Counted from the first letter of the stretch, positions 38,462-49,006 are shown. The stretch is DNA of 64,000 bases from Eubacteriales bacterium (GCA_045634385.1 JAZRAE010000084.1:13425-77424), one strand, 5' to 3'. Numbers and translations are program-made. The notes: generated from the letters alone by a model not told the origin.

Positions 38462-38508
38462 ATAATAGGCAGGGCGGAGAATAAGTTTCTCGTCCTGCCT
38501 ATTATTTT
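38462..38508 (+). terminator. Intrinsic terminator
   Basis: ATAATAGGCAGG...CCTGCCTATTAT followed by TTT. Confidence 0.65.
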
Positions 38509-38575
38509 ATCGTGACACTTGAAATGTTTTAAAATATATGTTAAAATATCACTAATGAAAAAGGAGGTATCCTGT

Positions 38576-39844
38576 ATGGAAGAGAAACGAATAGTAGCAA
38601 AAAACGGGATACCCGTTTATAGCTTAACCAATGAGAATAATCACAGCTTCTTTATCTCAATGTTCTTGAAGGCGGGATGTATGTATGAGAGTGAGGATGA
38701 GAACGGAATAACTCACTTCCTTGAGCATGCCGCGATAAGAAATGTCAATAAGCTTATGGGAGAGGGGCTTTACCGTGAGCTTGACAAACGCGGTATGGAG
38801 TTCAACGCCTCGACCTATTCCGAGATGGTTCAGTTTTATATCTCGGGCGCAAGCTGTCACTTCAGATCTGCCGCAGAGATGATATCGCTCTTGCTTTCCA
38901 AGATTGTCCTTAACCGAACGGAGCTTGATGCGGAGAGGGAAAGGATAAAGGCGGAGATACGCGAGGTGGACGACAAACGCACACTTGCGTTTATATCGGG
39001 AGAAAGTGTGTGGGACGGCACATCCTTAAAAAGGCCGATCACAGGTACTCTCGGCTCGGTATCGAAGATTTCTCTTGCCAAGCTTGAAGCCTATAGATGT
39101 CGAATATTCAACAAGGACAACATCTTCTTTTATGTAACAGGAAACGTTGATAATGACAACTTAAGTTATCTCTCTGAGCTTATTGGCGCATATAATGTTG
39201 ACGGTGATGAAAAGCACGAGAACATCGCACCGCTTCCCAAACACTTCATCAAAAGGGCAAGATGCATTACGATTAAGAACGCGGATTTTACTAAAATAAG
39301 GTATTCCTTCGATGTGGATATGTCGCGCGTGAGTTGCGCGGAACTTGACTTGCTTTACGATGCAGTGCTTGGTGGCTACAGCTCGGACTTCTTTATTGAG
39401 CTTAGTGAAAAGCGAGGACTGTTTTACGATCTTGGCGGCACGGTGGAAAGATATCGAAATGCGGGGGTCTTTTCTTTTTCATATGAGCTGAAGGAGTCGA
39501 AGCTCTATATAGCCGCACAGATGACATCGGAGCTTTTGGAAAGGTATAAAACACAGCCGATCGACACCGACAGGTGTATGCGAGCATGCTACGTAGATAA
39601 CGCATATATGTTGCTTGACGACCCACGTGAATTGTGCTTCACTCTCGCTTATGATAACCACATTTTAGGACTTGGCTACGGTGGCATAGAGGAAAGACGC
39701 TCAACCTACGCGAGCATTACACCCGAGCGACTTCGCGAGGTGGCATCTATCGTGTTTCGCCCCGAAAATATGACCGTTACTCTAAAGGGAAATAAGAAAA
39801 GAATTGACATATCAAAACTTGAAAAAATAATTTTTGGAGAATAA
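38576..39844 (+). CDS. M16 (pitrilysin-like) zinc peptidase
   Basis: GITHFLEH inverted HxxEH motif; FNAST. Confidence 0.85.
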   Translation: MEEKRIVAKNGIPVYSLTNENNHSFFISMFLKAGCMYESEDENGITHFLEHAAIRNVNKLMGEGLYRELDKRGMEFNASTYSEMVQFYISGASCHFRSAAEMISLLLSKIVLNRTELDAERERIKAEIREVDDKRTLAFISGESVWDGTSLKRPITGTLGSVSKISLAKLEAYRCRIFNKDNIFFYVTGNVDNDNLSYLSELIGAYNVDGDEKHENIAPLPKHFIKRARCITIKNADFTKIRYSFDVDMSRVSCAELDLLYDAVLGGYSSDFFIELSEKRGLFYDLGGTVERYRNAGVFSFSYELKESKLYIAAQMTSELLERYKTQPIDTDRCMRACYVDNAYMLLDDPRELCFTLAYDNHILGLGYGGIEERRSTYASITPERLREVASIVFRPENMTVTLKGNKKRIDISKLEKIIFGE

Positions 39845-39848
39845 AGCT

Positions 39849-42617
39849 ATGGATTTTAAGAACGTAGACAAAAAATATCGTCCGATCCCCTTCTGGTCTT
39901 GGAACGAAAAGCTTGATGTCGAGGAAACAAAGCGACAAATCGGAATTATGGATGATGCGGGTATTGGTGGCTATTTTATGCACGCACGCGGTGGCCTTTT
40001 GACCGAATATATGGGCGACGAATGGTTTGATAACGTCAGAGCTTCTATAGATGAGGGTGACAAAAGAGGGATGCACTCCTGGGCGTATGACGAGAATGGT
40101 TGGCCATCCGGATTTGGCGGCGGTAAGGTCAACGGTCTTGGTGATGAGTACAGACAAAAGAGCCTTTACTATGAGCCCTTGACGGATGAAAATAAGACTG
40201 CGGAAAACACCGTACTTATCAAGGATGGTGTGAGATATTTCTACCGCATAAACGAGTTCTACGTAGATACTCTCGATATTAAGGTTACCAAGAAATTTAT
40301 TGAGGAGATATATCAGGCATACTACGATAAGTTCGGCCCTACCTTCGACGGATTCTTTACCGATGAGCCTCAGATCCTGCGCGGAGATGGCTACCCGTGG
40401 AGCTTTATCCTCGAGGAAGAGTTCACAAAGAGATTTGGCTACAGCCTTGTCGAGAACCTCGACCTTCTATTCTTCGACAATGACGGATATGAGATCGTCA
40501 GACTCGACTACTGGCAGCTCGTTACCGACCTTTTCTCCTACTCATTCTTTAAACCGATATACGACTTCTGCGACTCACACGGTTATAAGCTCACAGGTCA
40601 CCTTGTATGCGAGGAGAACTTTATGTCTCAGCTCGTTTCCAACGGTGCTTGTATGCCTCACTATGAATACTTCCATATACCCGGTATGGATTGGCTCGGT
40701 AGACCCGTGGTTGATTGCCTCACACCTATGCAGCTTTGCTCTGCGGCGGCACAGACCGGCAAGAAGCAGATACTCACCGAGACCTACGCGGCATCCGGAC
40801 ACAACGTTTCTCACGGTGAGCTTAAGCGTATTCTTGAGTGGCAGATGGTACACGGTGTAAACCTTCTTTGTACACACCTCGAGGGATATTCCTTCCGCGG
40901 CATTAGAAAGCGCGACTATCCCCCGGCAATGTATTATCAGCAGCCTTGGTGGGCGGATATGAAGGTGTTCTTCGACTCCATGTCACGTGTCGGTATGCTT
41001 ATTGCGGAGGGAAAGGTCAACGTTGACACTCTTCTTATCCATCCTCAGAGCACGGCTTGGACTATCTACAACGGATATGAGTTTAACACCGAGTCGGCAA
41101 ATAAGATATACGAATATAATAGCGCATTCTTGCAGGATATGCGCTCCATCGAGGATAAGCACGTAGAATATCACCTCGGTGACGAGACTATGATGAGACG
41201 TCACGGCTACGTAGAGGACGGCAAGCTCGTTATTGGTAAGATGTCCTACTCCACGGTCGTTCTTCCCACTAAGTACATAAAGCTTCTCCCCTTCACAGAA
41301 GAACTCCTTGACGAGTTCCGCGCGGCAGGCGGCAGAATCATAACCGTGAACGAGGTTGAGCCAAGCGGTATCACGGCACCCTCTCGCCTGAGCTTCACAT
41401 CCCGCAGCTTTGACGGCTACGATATGTACTACTTTGTAAACACCGACAACACCACCCTTACCGCCGAGATCGCCAAGGGTGACAAGATGATGGTAATTGA
41501 GACGGGCGAGCTCCTCCCCTTCTCGGGTACTCATACCTTCGAGCCTTACGAGTCCTTGGTGGTTATCGATACCCATAACGAAAGAACTGTAGAATATACC
41601 GAGTCCACCTCTGATACCTTATCTCTCGGCGGAGAGTGGAAGGTTGAGGGATTCACTCACAACTCTCTTACACTCGACAAATGCGACTACTATTTTGATG
41701 GCGAGCTTGTCGAGAAGGACGGATACGTGTTAAATATTCTCCCGAGAATCAACGAGCTTGAGAGGGAGGTTGCACTTAAGCAGGTATATCGCTTCGATAT
41801 AGATTCTGTGCCAAGCGAGATCTATCTTGCGACTGAAACACCTGATATATTTAAGATCGCTGTAAACGGTAAGACCATTGATAAGATCGACTGCGGCTAC
41901 TTCCGCGACACCGCGTTCAGAAAGCTAAATATCGCGTCATATATTAAGAAGGGCGAGAACGAGATCACCTTCGAGTCCACGATAGTGCAGACCCCCGCGT
42001 GCTACGAGCACATATCTAAGTCCTGGACATTTGAGAGTATGAAGAATTGCCTATCCTACGATATGGAGATCGAACCTATTTACATAGTCGGTGACTTCGG
42101 TCTAAAGCTTGTCGGTAATATTGACGAGAAGAGCGACAGCAGCTATATCATTGACGAGACGCCCATAATCACCGACACCCCAAAGAGCGTTGACATTGCA
42201 CATCTCGACTACTCGGGCTTTGCAGAGTTTGCAGGCGAGCTTACTCTCTCTCGCAAGATATTGGTCGATAGTACCGATTATCACGTTTACCTTAAAGGTA
42301 TGGCGATGAATGCTATAAGACTTAAGATCAACGGCAAGGACGTAGCGACAAAGCTTTATGCTCCCTACACCGTAGAGCTCGGCGATTATCTCGTTGAGGG
42401 GGAGAACACCTTTGAGCTCACCTTGGTTAACAACCTTAGAAATATGATGGGTCCCCACCATCTCTACAAGGAGGAGGATAGGTGGGTTTGTCCCGGTATC
42501 TTCTATAAGGAGTCTAATATATTCCACCATCCCGCAGGCGCAGGTGCTGACTGTCACGATAGAAACAGCTTCTACAATGACAGCTATCTGCTAATGAACT
42601 ACGGAATCAAGGACTGA
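39849..42617 (+). CDS. Glycoside hydrolase, GH106 (alpha-L-rhamnosidase)-like
   Basis: PFWSWN, YFMHARGGL, AYDENGWPSG, FFTDEP, RKRDYPP. Confidence 0.75.
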   Translation: MDFKNVDKKYRPIPFWSWNEKLDVEETKRQIGIMDDAGIGGYFMHARGGLLTEYMGDEWFDNVRASIDEGDKRGMHSWAYDENGWPSGFGGGKVNGLGDEYRQKSLYYEPLTDENKTAENTVLIKDGVRYFYRINEFYVDTLDIKVTKKFIEEIYQAYYDKFGPTFDGFFTDEPQILRGDGYPWSFILEEEFTKRFGYSLVENLDLLFFDNDGYEIVRLDYWQLVTDLFSYSFFKPIYDFCDSHGYKLTGHLVCEENFMSQLVSNGACMPHYEYFHIPGMDWLGRPVVDCLTPMQLCSAAAQTGKKQILTETYAASGHNVSHGELKRILEWQMVHGVNLLCTHLEGYSFRGIRKRDYPPAMYYQQPWWADMKVFFDSMSRVGMLIAEGKVNVDTLLIHPQSTAWTIYNGYEFNTESANKIYEYNSAFLQDMRSIEDKHVEYHLGDETMMRRHGYVEDGKLVIGKMSYSTVVLPTKYIKLLPFTEELLDEFRAAGGRIITVNEVEPSGITAPSRLSFTSRSFDGYDMYYFVNTDNTTLTAEIAKGDKMMVIETGELLPFSGTHTFEPYESLVVIDTHNERTVEYTESTSDTLSLGGEWKVEGFTHNSLTLDKCDYYFDGELVEKDGYVLNILPRINELEREVALKQVYRFDIDSVPSEIYLATETPDIFKIAVNGKTIDKIDCGYFRDTAFRKLNIASYIKKGENEITFESTIVQTPACYEHISKSWTFESMKNCLSYDMEIEPIYIVGDFGLKLVGNIDEKSDSSYIIDETPIITDTPKSVDIAHLDYSGFAEFAGELTLSRKILVDSTDYHVYLKGMAMNAIRLKINGKDVATKLYAPYTVELGDYLVEGENTFELTLVNNLRNMMGPHHLYKEEDRWVCPGIFYKESNIFHHPAGAGADCHDRNSFYNDSYLLMNYGIKD

Positions 42618-42618
42618 G

Positions 42619-43332
42619 ATGAAGAAAACCACGATACTATTTGACCTTGACGGAACGCTGATCAGAATGGATCAGGATGAGTTTATCAGGCTCTACTTTG
42701 TATCCATTCTTGATAAACTTGGAAGACTTGGCTACGACACCGTATTGATGAAAAACGCGCTTGAGAGCGCAGTTGTGGCAACTATCCGAAATGACGGACA
42801 AATGAGCAACGAGCAACGTTTTTGGCAAGCTTTTGATAAGATCTCGGGTGGACTCTCATCTAAGGTAAAAATGCAGATCGAGTCATACTATGCTACAGAG
42901 TTTTCCTCTGTCATAGAGGCGAGCTGTGAGGCTTATCCGAGAGTACGTGAGGTGCTCAATTTCGTAAAAGAGAAGGGACTTCGTCCAATCCTTGCGACCA
43001 ACCCTCTCTTTCCTATGGTTGCAACTCACGGACGTATTAGATTCGGAGGCATGTCACCCTCAGACTTTGAGTACATCACCGCTTACGAGAACAGCAGCTA
43101 CTGTAAACCAAACCCTTACTACTTCACAGAGCTTCTCGACAAGCTTGGGATATCGCCCGATGAATGCGTAATGATCGGTAACGATACACGCGACGATTTT
43201 TCTGCACACTCCCTCGGCATACCGGTCTTTGTGCTTACCGAGTGCCTTATTAATACGGGAAATGTTGATCTTTCAAATTATCCTCACGGCGGATTTGATG
43301 AGCTTATAGATTACATTGATGGGCTAAAGTAA
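42619..43332 (+). CDS. HAD-family hydrolase
   Basis: FDLDGTL, ATNP, KPNP, MIGND. Confidence 0.85.
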   Translation: MKKTTILFDLDGTLIRMDQDEFIRLYFVSILDKLGRLGYDTVLMKNALESAVVATIRNDGQMSNEQRFWQAFDKISGGLSSKVKMQIESYYATEFSSVIEASCEAYPRVREVLNFVKEKGLRPILATNPLFPMVATHGRIRFGGMSPSDFEYITAYENSSYCKPNPYYFTELLDKLGISPDECVMIGNDTRDDFSAHSLGIPVFVLTECLINTGNVDLSNYPHGGFDELIDYIDGLK

Positions 43333-43571
43333 TAGAAATAAACGGAGTCGAGCCTGATTGTGCGAGACTCCGTTTTTTAAATGAAATGAACAATTATTAT
43401 TTTAAGTTAAATCTATTGTTCTGGTGCTAAAATGAGATCGAATTACGAGTGACGCTTTGAGTTATCGTAACAATGATTCGATATTTGTTTAAAATGTTGA
43501 CAAATAAAAGAATTAGTGATATACTGAATTAACCTTTATAAATGGATATACTTACAAAGGAAGATAACAAT

Positions 43572-44696
43572 ATGAGTACTTTAATCAAAGAGGTTAAAAC
43601 AAGATCCGAGCTTTCAAGGTGGGTTGAATTTCCTAACACGCTATATAAAGACAACGAGTATTATGTTCCTTTTTTAAAGCCTGATGAGATGGCAACATTT
43701 ACTAAGGAGAAGAATCCCGCCCATGAGTTTTGTGATACAAGACTTTTTGCCGCATACCGCGATGGAAAAATGGTCGGACGTATAGCAGGTATTATCAACC
43801 ACGCGTACAATCAAAAGTGGAATAAAAACGCTATAAGGTTTACACGTTTTGACTTTATCGATGATCCGGAGGTTTCCGCCGCACTTTTTGATGCTGTTGT
43901 TAAGTGGGGCAGAGAACTCGGATACACCGAGATCATGGGCCCTATTGGATTTACCGATATGGATCACGAGGGAATGCTTGTTGAGGGGTATGACGAAATC
44001 AATATGTCTATTACGTTCTATAATCATCCCTATTACCTTGAGCATATGGAAAGACTCGGACTCAGAAAGGATATAGATTGGATAGAGTATCAGATCTTTG
44101 TTCCCGAGGCACCTGATCCGAGAATAGAGCATCTTTCCAAAATGGTAATGAAGCACCACGGTCTTAAGGTTGTAACGTATACCGATCGCAAGAAACTCTA
44201 TGAAGAAGCTTTTGAGGCATTCGAAATAATCGACGTTGCTTTTTCTCGTCTTTACGGAACTGTGCCGCTTACTAACGCCGTTATTAAGCGTGCGATCGAC
44301 GATAATATTCCGCTTGTCAATCTTGATTATGTATGTTCGATAAAGGATAGTGATGACAAGATTGTAGGTTTTGCTCTTATGGTTCCTTCTATTGCGAAGG
44401 CATTGAAAAAATCTAACGGAAAGCTTTTGCCCTTCGGTTTATTCAGAATGCTTCGCGCACTCGGAAGTGACAACGACACCCTTGAGATGTTCTTCGTAGC
44501 GGTTAAGCCCGAGTTGCAAAGCCACGGTGTTCCTGCAATCATTATCAATGAGCTTGTAAAGGTCTGTATCAAAAACGGTGTAAAGATCTGTGAAACAGGA
44601 CCTCAGCTTGAGACCAATCATGAGGTACATAGCTTATGGAATCACTTTGATAAGCGTCAGCACAGACGACGCCGTTGCTTCATAAAGGAGATATAA
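43572..44696 (+). CDS. YghO-like tandem GNAT acyltransferase
   Basis: FP..LY....YVP, NP, VGRIAGIIN, FDFIDD, G.LVEG, YN.PYY. Confidence 0.8.
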   Translation: MSTLIKEVKTRSELSRWVEFPNTLYKDNEYYVPFLKPDEMATFTKEKNPAHEFCDTRLFAAYRDGKMVGRIAGIINHAYNQKWNKNAIRFTRFDFIDDPEVSAALFDAVVKWGRELGYTEIMGPIGFTDMDHEGMLVEGYDEINMSITFYNHPYYLEHMERLGLRKDIDWIEYQIFVPEAPDPRIEHLSKMVMKHHGLKVVTYTDRKKLYEEAFEAFEIIDVAFSRLYGTVPLTNAVIKRAIDDNIPLVNLDYVCSIKDSDDKIVGFALMVPSIAKALKKSNGKLLPFGLFRMLRALGSDNDTLEMFFVAVKPELQSHGVPAIIINELVKVCIKNGVKICETGPQLETNHEVHSLWNHFDKRQHRRRRCFIKEI

Positions 44697-44699
44697 GCT

Positions 44700-45218
44700 A
44701 TGAAGAATAATGAGCTTATAAGAACAATAAAGTTCACTCTCTTTTCAATTAGCGCAGGTATAATTCAAATTCTGCTTTTTACCTTGATGAACGAGCTGTT
44801 ACTGCTCGATTATTGGGTGAGTTATCTAACGAGTCTTGTTGCTTCAATACTCTGGAACTTTACCATTAACCGCAAGGTAACATTCAAGTCATCAAATAAC
44901 GTAAAGCTATCAATGTTGCTCGTGTTCGCGTTCTATCTCGTGTTCACACCGATATCCACCGTGCTTGGCAACCTTGCGGAAAAAGCAGAGGTAAACGAAT
45001 ATATCATTCTCGCTTTTACTATGATATCCAACTTTGTACTTGAGTATCTCTTTACAAGATACGTTGTTTACAGAAACAGTTGTGATACATTAGAGTCCAA
45101 ATCGAAAAAAGATTTGGAAAACAAAGAAAATACAGATAATGCACAAGTCACAGATTGTGCAGAAAACATAGATAAAGCAGAAAGCACAAAAAGTGAAGAA
45201 AGCACGGAAAACGCATAA
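44700..45218 (+). CDS. GtrA-family membrane protein
   Basis: Four TM segments, KF...S, WNFTINRKVTF; acidic tail. Confidence 0.8.
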   Translation: MKNNELIRTIKFTLFSISAGIIQILLFTLMNELLLLDYWVSYLTSLVASILWNFTINRKVTFKSSNNVKLSMLLVFAFYLVFTPISTVLGNLAEKAEVNEYIILAFTMISNFVLEYLFTRYVVYRNSCDTLESKSKKDLENKENTDNAQVTDCAENIDKAESTKSEESTENA

Positions 45219-45238
45219 ATACAGAAAAATGAAAAAAG

Positions 45239-45265
45239 AAAAAGGCGGTCAAACGACCGCCTTTT
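45239..45265. terminator. Bidirectional terminator
   Basis: AAAAGGCGGTC-AAAC-GACCGCCTTTT. Confidence 0.85.
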
Positions 45266-45291
45266 GTCTATTTTAGTTTACAAAACACCTA

Positions 45292-46410
45292 TTATTTGTC
45301 TTCCGATTTTGAAAGCTGTTTAAGATAAGCGTTGATAAATCCATCAATATTTCCATCCATTACGGAGTCAATGTTTCCGTCTTCAAAGCCGGTTCTCGTA
45401 TCCTTTGCGAGAGTGTAGGGCATAAAGACGTAGCTCCTGATCTGGCTGCCCCATTCAATGTTTACCTTATTACCCTGGATATCCTCTATTCTCTCAAGGT
45501 TCTCACGGATCTTGATCTCCATAAGCTTTGCCTTAAGCATCTTGAGTGCGGTTTCTTTGTTCTGCAGCTGGCTTCTTTCCGTCTGACATCCTACTACAAT
45601 ACCCGTGGGCTTATGCACGATACGGATTGCCGAGTCGGTTTTGTTAATGTGCTGACCGCCCGCACCGCTGGAACGGTGTGCGGTAATTTCGAGATCTTCA
45701 TCTCTGAGCTCTACCTCTGTTACGTCTTCAAACTCGGGCATAACCTCTACCGATGCGAAGGATGTGTGACGTCTTCCGGATGAATCGAAGGGAGATACTC
45801 TGACAAGTCTGTGCACGCCATTCTCACTCTTGAGATAGCCGTATGCGTTAATACCTTCTATCATAATCGTAGCCGACTTAAGACCTGCTTCATCGCCGTC
45901 GAGCCAATCAACGAGTTTTACGTTATAGCCATGCTTCTCACCCCATCTGGTATACATACGGTAGAGCATAGATGCCCAGTCCTGAGCTTCTGTTCCGCCG
46001 GCACCGGGATGGAATGAAACAATTGCGTTACTCTTATCGTACTGACCGGAGAGAAGAACCTCAATTCTCTTTCTTTCTGCTTCGGCTTCGATAAAGTCTG
46101 TTTCGGACACAACCTCATCGGCAGAGTCTTCATCATTTGCTTCTATAGCCATTTCGCAAAGAACTGTAGCGTCCTCAAGTCTTGAGAGTAGATCTTCATA
46201 GCTCTCAACCTTATCTTTAAGTTGTTTTATTTCGCGTAGCTTCTTCGATGATTTTTCAGCATCGTTCCAAAAGTCTTGCACCATAGTCTCTCTTTCGAGA
46301 TCTGCAGCCTTTTCCTTTGCCTCGTCTATTCTTAACTGATTACCAAGTTCCGCAAGGACATCCTCGAGGGCGACAAGTCTTCTTTTTGCTTCTTCAAGCG
46401 CAACTATCAT
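45292..46410 (-). CDS. prfB: Peptide chain release factor 2 (single ORF, no programmed frameshift)
   Basis: GAGGTEAQDW, SPF tripeptide, GAGGQHIN, WGSQIRSY. Confidence 0.95.
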   Translation of the reverse strand: MIVALEEAKRRLVALEDVLAELGNQLRIDEAKEKAADLERETMVQDFWNDAEKSSKKLREIKQLKDKVESYEDLLSRLEDATVLCEMAIEANDEDSADEVVSETDFIEAEAERKRIEVLLSGQYDKSNAIVSFHPGAGGTEAQDWASMLYRMYTRWGEKHGYNVKLVDWLDGDEAGLKSATIMIEGINAYGYLKSENGVHRLVRVSPFDSSGRRHTSFASVEVMPEFEDVTEVELRDEDLEITAHRSSGAGGQHINKTDSAIRIVHKPTGIVVGCQTERSQLQNKETALKMLKAKLMEIKIRENLERIEDIQGNKVNIEWGSQIRSYVFMPYTLAKDTRTGFEDGNIDSVMDGNIDGFINAYLKQLSKSEDK

Positions 46411-46526
46411 TGTTTGCTCCTTTCTTCTCGGCGTTTAGATTCATCATCCAAACGTTGGGGAAATGCCCGTTACAGAGGCACGCCCCGAAAATAGCGCATA
46501 TTTCTCATTTTATCATTATCTACGAT

Positions 46527-46555
46527 ATAATAGCACAAATTTTCAAAAAAGTAAA
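46527..46555 (-). promoter_or_regulatory. Sigma-A promoter of prfB
   Basis: TTTACT-17 bp-TATTAT with an extended -10 TG. Confidence 0.55.
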
Positions 46556-46637
46556 GAGAAAAGCAGAAAATATGTTGATTTTTTAATAGCTTTGTGGTAT
46601 ACTAATCTCACAATTATAAAACGCGAGGTAAAATAAA

Positions 46638-46841
46638 ATGCTTGTAACCAAGGATACTATTATCGGCGACGTTATCGATTATGATGCTAATGCCGCTAAA
46701 ATCTTCCATATGAACGGAATGTTCTGCACCGGTTGCCCCCATGCGAGAAGCGAGTCTATCGCTGACGCTTGCGTAGCACACGGTATGGATTGTGATGCAC
46801 TTGTAAAGGCTCTTAACGAGTACTTTGAGTCAAAGAAGTGA
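46638..46841 (+). CDS. DUF1858-domain small protein
   Basis: GMFCTGCP...ESIADAC..HG. Confidence 0.8.
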   Translation: MLVTKDTIIGDVIDYDANAAKIFHMNGMFCTGCPHARSESIADACVAHGMDCDALVKALNEYFESKK

Positions 46842-47536
46842 TGAACGCAACGCTTGACAAGCGTCTCTTGTCTTGCGCCGGCTATGTGAGGGCAGGAGCT
46901 GTCTTTGCCGATATTGGCACAGATCACGGCTATCTGCCCCTCTTTCTTTTGAGGATGGGTAGAATTGAGCGTGCGTACCTTTCGGATATAAATCGCGGAC
47001 CTCTATCATCTGCCGAGCGCAATGCCCATGATGAGGGCTTTTTCGATAAGTGCGAATTTATCCTTACGGACGGCGCATCCGCTCTGAAAAACAAAGGAAT
47101 CACCGATTATGCAATATGTGGTATGGGCGGTGAGCTGATAGCACGAATTATAGAAGATGCACCGCATCTGAGGGATGAAAAAATCAGACTGATACTTCAG
47201 CCTATGACTAAGCAGGAGCATCTGAGAAGATACCTTGCCACGGCCGGATTTTCGGTGATTGACGAGTGCTTTTCCTATGACTCGGGCAAGTACTATGTGA
47301 CTATTGTTGCGGAGTATACAGCATCGGTACGTGAGTTGTCACTTGAAGAGGCCGAGCTTGGTCCCGATCTTCCTCATGATAAGGACCGTGTAGAGTATTT
47401 GGGCTTTTTAGAGGGGAAAAGAAGGGCTGCAAAGACCGCACTTTTGGGCAAGAGCTTAGGCGGATATGAGACACAAGACGAAGAAGAGCGTATTGCTCTT
47501 ATCGAAAAGAGAATTGCGAAAATAACAGGAGCTTAA
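46838..47536 (+). CDS. trmK: tRNA (adenine-22-N1)-methyltransferase
   Basis: ADIGTDHGYLP, ICGMGGELI, LILQPM. Confidence 0.9.
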   Translation: MMNATLDKRLLSCAGYVRAGAVFADIGTDHGYLPLFLLRMGRIERAYLSDINRGPLSSAERNAHDEGFFDKCEFILTDGASALKNKGITDYAICGMGGELIARIIEDAPHLRDEKIRLILQPMTKQEHLRRYLATAGFSVIDECFSYDSGKYYVTIVAEYTASVRELSLEEAELGPDLPHDKDRVEYLGFLEGKRRAAKTALLGKSLGGYETQDEEERIALIEKRIAKITGA

Positions 47537-47537
47537 T

Positions 47538-48299
47538 ATGACTGTAAAAACACTATATGAAAAACTGTGCGAGCGCATACCCGAGGAGCTTCGCGAGGAT
47601 TGGGATAACGACGGACTTATGTGCTCGTCGGATGACCAAAGAGAGGTAAAGCGCGCACTAATCACTCTTGATGTAACAGAGGATATCGTCGACTACGCGA
47701 TAGCTCACAACATTGATCTTATCGTTTCGCATCATCCTCTCATCTTCAAGCCGATGAAGTCGGTTACCGAGGACTCACATGTTGCGAGAAAGGTGATAAA
47801 GCTTATAAAGCACGATATTTCGGTAATGTCCTTCCACACCAGAGCGGATAAGGTTGAGGGCGGTGTAAACGACACGCTCGCGGACATTCTCGGCATAAAG
47901 GACCCTGTGCCCTTTGGCGAAGGCTTCCTCGGTAGGATAGGCACTCTTGAGGAGGAACTTACTATGGAGGACTTCTCCTATCTGCTCAAAGGACTTCTTG
48001 ACTGTGACGGCGTTAAGGTCTCCGACGCACTCATCCCTGTGCAGAGGGTTGCGGTTGTCGGCGGTGATGGCAAGTCCTACGTCGGTGCCGCCTTAAAAGC
48101 GGGAGCGGATACCTTTGTATCCGGCAGAATAGGCTACAATGTCATGGCTGAGGCGGGTGAGATGGGTATTAACCTGATTGAAGCAGGACACTTCTTCACC
48201 GAGCAGCCCGTGACTCAGTTCTTCCAGGGCCTTTTGCATAGACTTGACCCCGATATGTACGTTGAGATAATGGACTCAAACGTGATAAAGTTGATTTAA
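47538..48299 (+). CDS. Nif3-like dinuclear metal-centre protein
   Basis: DWDN.GL, SHHPLIF, HT..D, AGHFFTE. Confidence 0.9.
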   Translation: MTVKTLYEKLCERIPEELREDWDNDGLMCSSDDQREVKRALITLDVTEDIVDYAIAHNIDLIVSHHPLIFKPMKSVTEDSHVARKVIKLIKHDISVMSFHTRADKVEGGVNDTLADILGIKDPVPFGEGFLGRIGTLEEELTMEDFSYLLKGLLDCDGVKVSDALIPVQRVAVVGGDGKSYVGAALKAGADTFVSGRIGYNVMAEAGEMGINLIEAGHFFTEQPVTQFFQGLLHRLDPDMYVEIMDSNVIKLI

Positions 48300-48420
48300 T
48301 TAATATGATACGACCGAAATCGTATATTTTTTAGACAAAAATTATAATAATGTCAAAAAGGTTGGTTTCTCGACCGAATTATTGTATAATACTTCATTAT
48401 GACAGTAAGGAGGCGTGACT

Positions 48421-48975
48421 ATGCAATATACGTACTGTGAGATATCTTTGCTTTCGCTCGTTCTGATACCATTGTGTTTTGTTTTTTACGTAAAAAGCAG
48501 GATGAGCCATGGCTCTTCACTCTTTGCATTTGCGTGGCAATAGTTAACCTCGGATATACCTTGATAGCCTTTGCGGGGAGCGTTGAGTTTGCGCTTTTCG
48601 CAAATAAAATAACCTATCTCGGACAGGTTATGATGCCCCTTTGCATGTTTATGATCGTATCGAGGTTGTGCGGATATCTCTACCCAAAGTGGCTTATAGG
48701 TTCTCTTATCGGACTTGCGACACTTATGTTTGCTACAGCCTGTACGACGGGCTATCTCAATTGGTACTACACGAGTGTCATACATCGACGGTAGCTGCTC
48801 GGTTTGTGGAGATCCCGATCCTGATCCTACTCCCGATCCCGATCTTACTCCCGAGAAAAATCACGACGAGTGTGAAGCAAGCGGCTGGACGAGATTCTGG
48901 AATGCAATAGCAAACTTCATCCGTAACCTCTTCGGTATGCCTAAGAAGTGCGTTTGCGGTGATGAAGTCAAGTAA
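48421..48975 (+). pseudogene. Chimeric remnant: frameshifted, truncated 7TM sensor N-terminus joined to the C-terminus of a secreted protein
   Basis: RBS and ATG at 48421; frame change near 48470-48490; TM helices end at WYYTSV (~48780); then, in another frame, YIDGSCSVCGDPDPDPTPDP...FWNAIANFIRNLFG. Confidence 0.6.
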
Positions 48976-49006
48976 GTAATGTAAAATTTTAATGAGTAAA
49001 CATAAG

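Noticed and set aside
48810-48852. Short tandem DNA repeat (GATCCC-like)
   Set aside because: It simply encodes a Pro-Asp linker in the remnant ORF.
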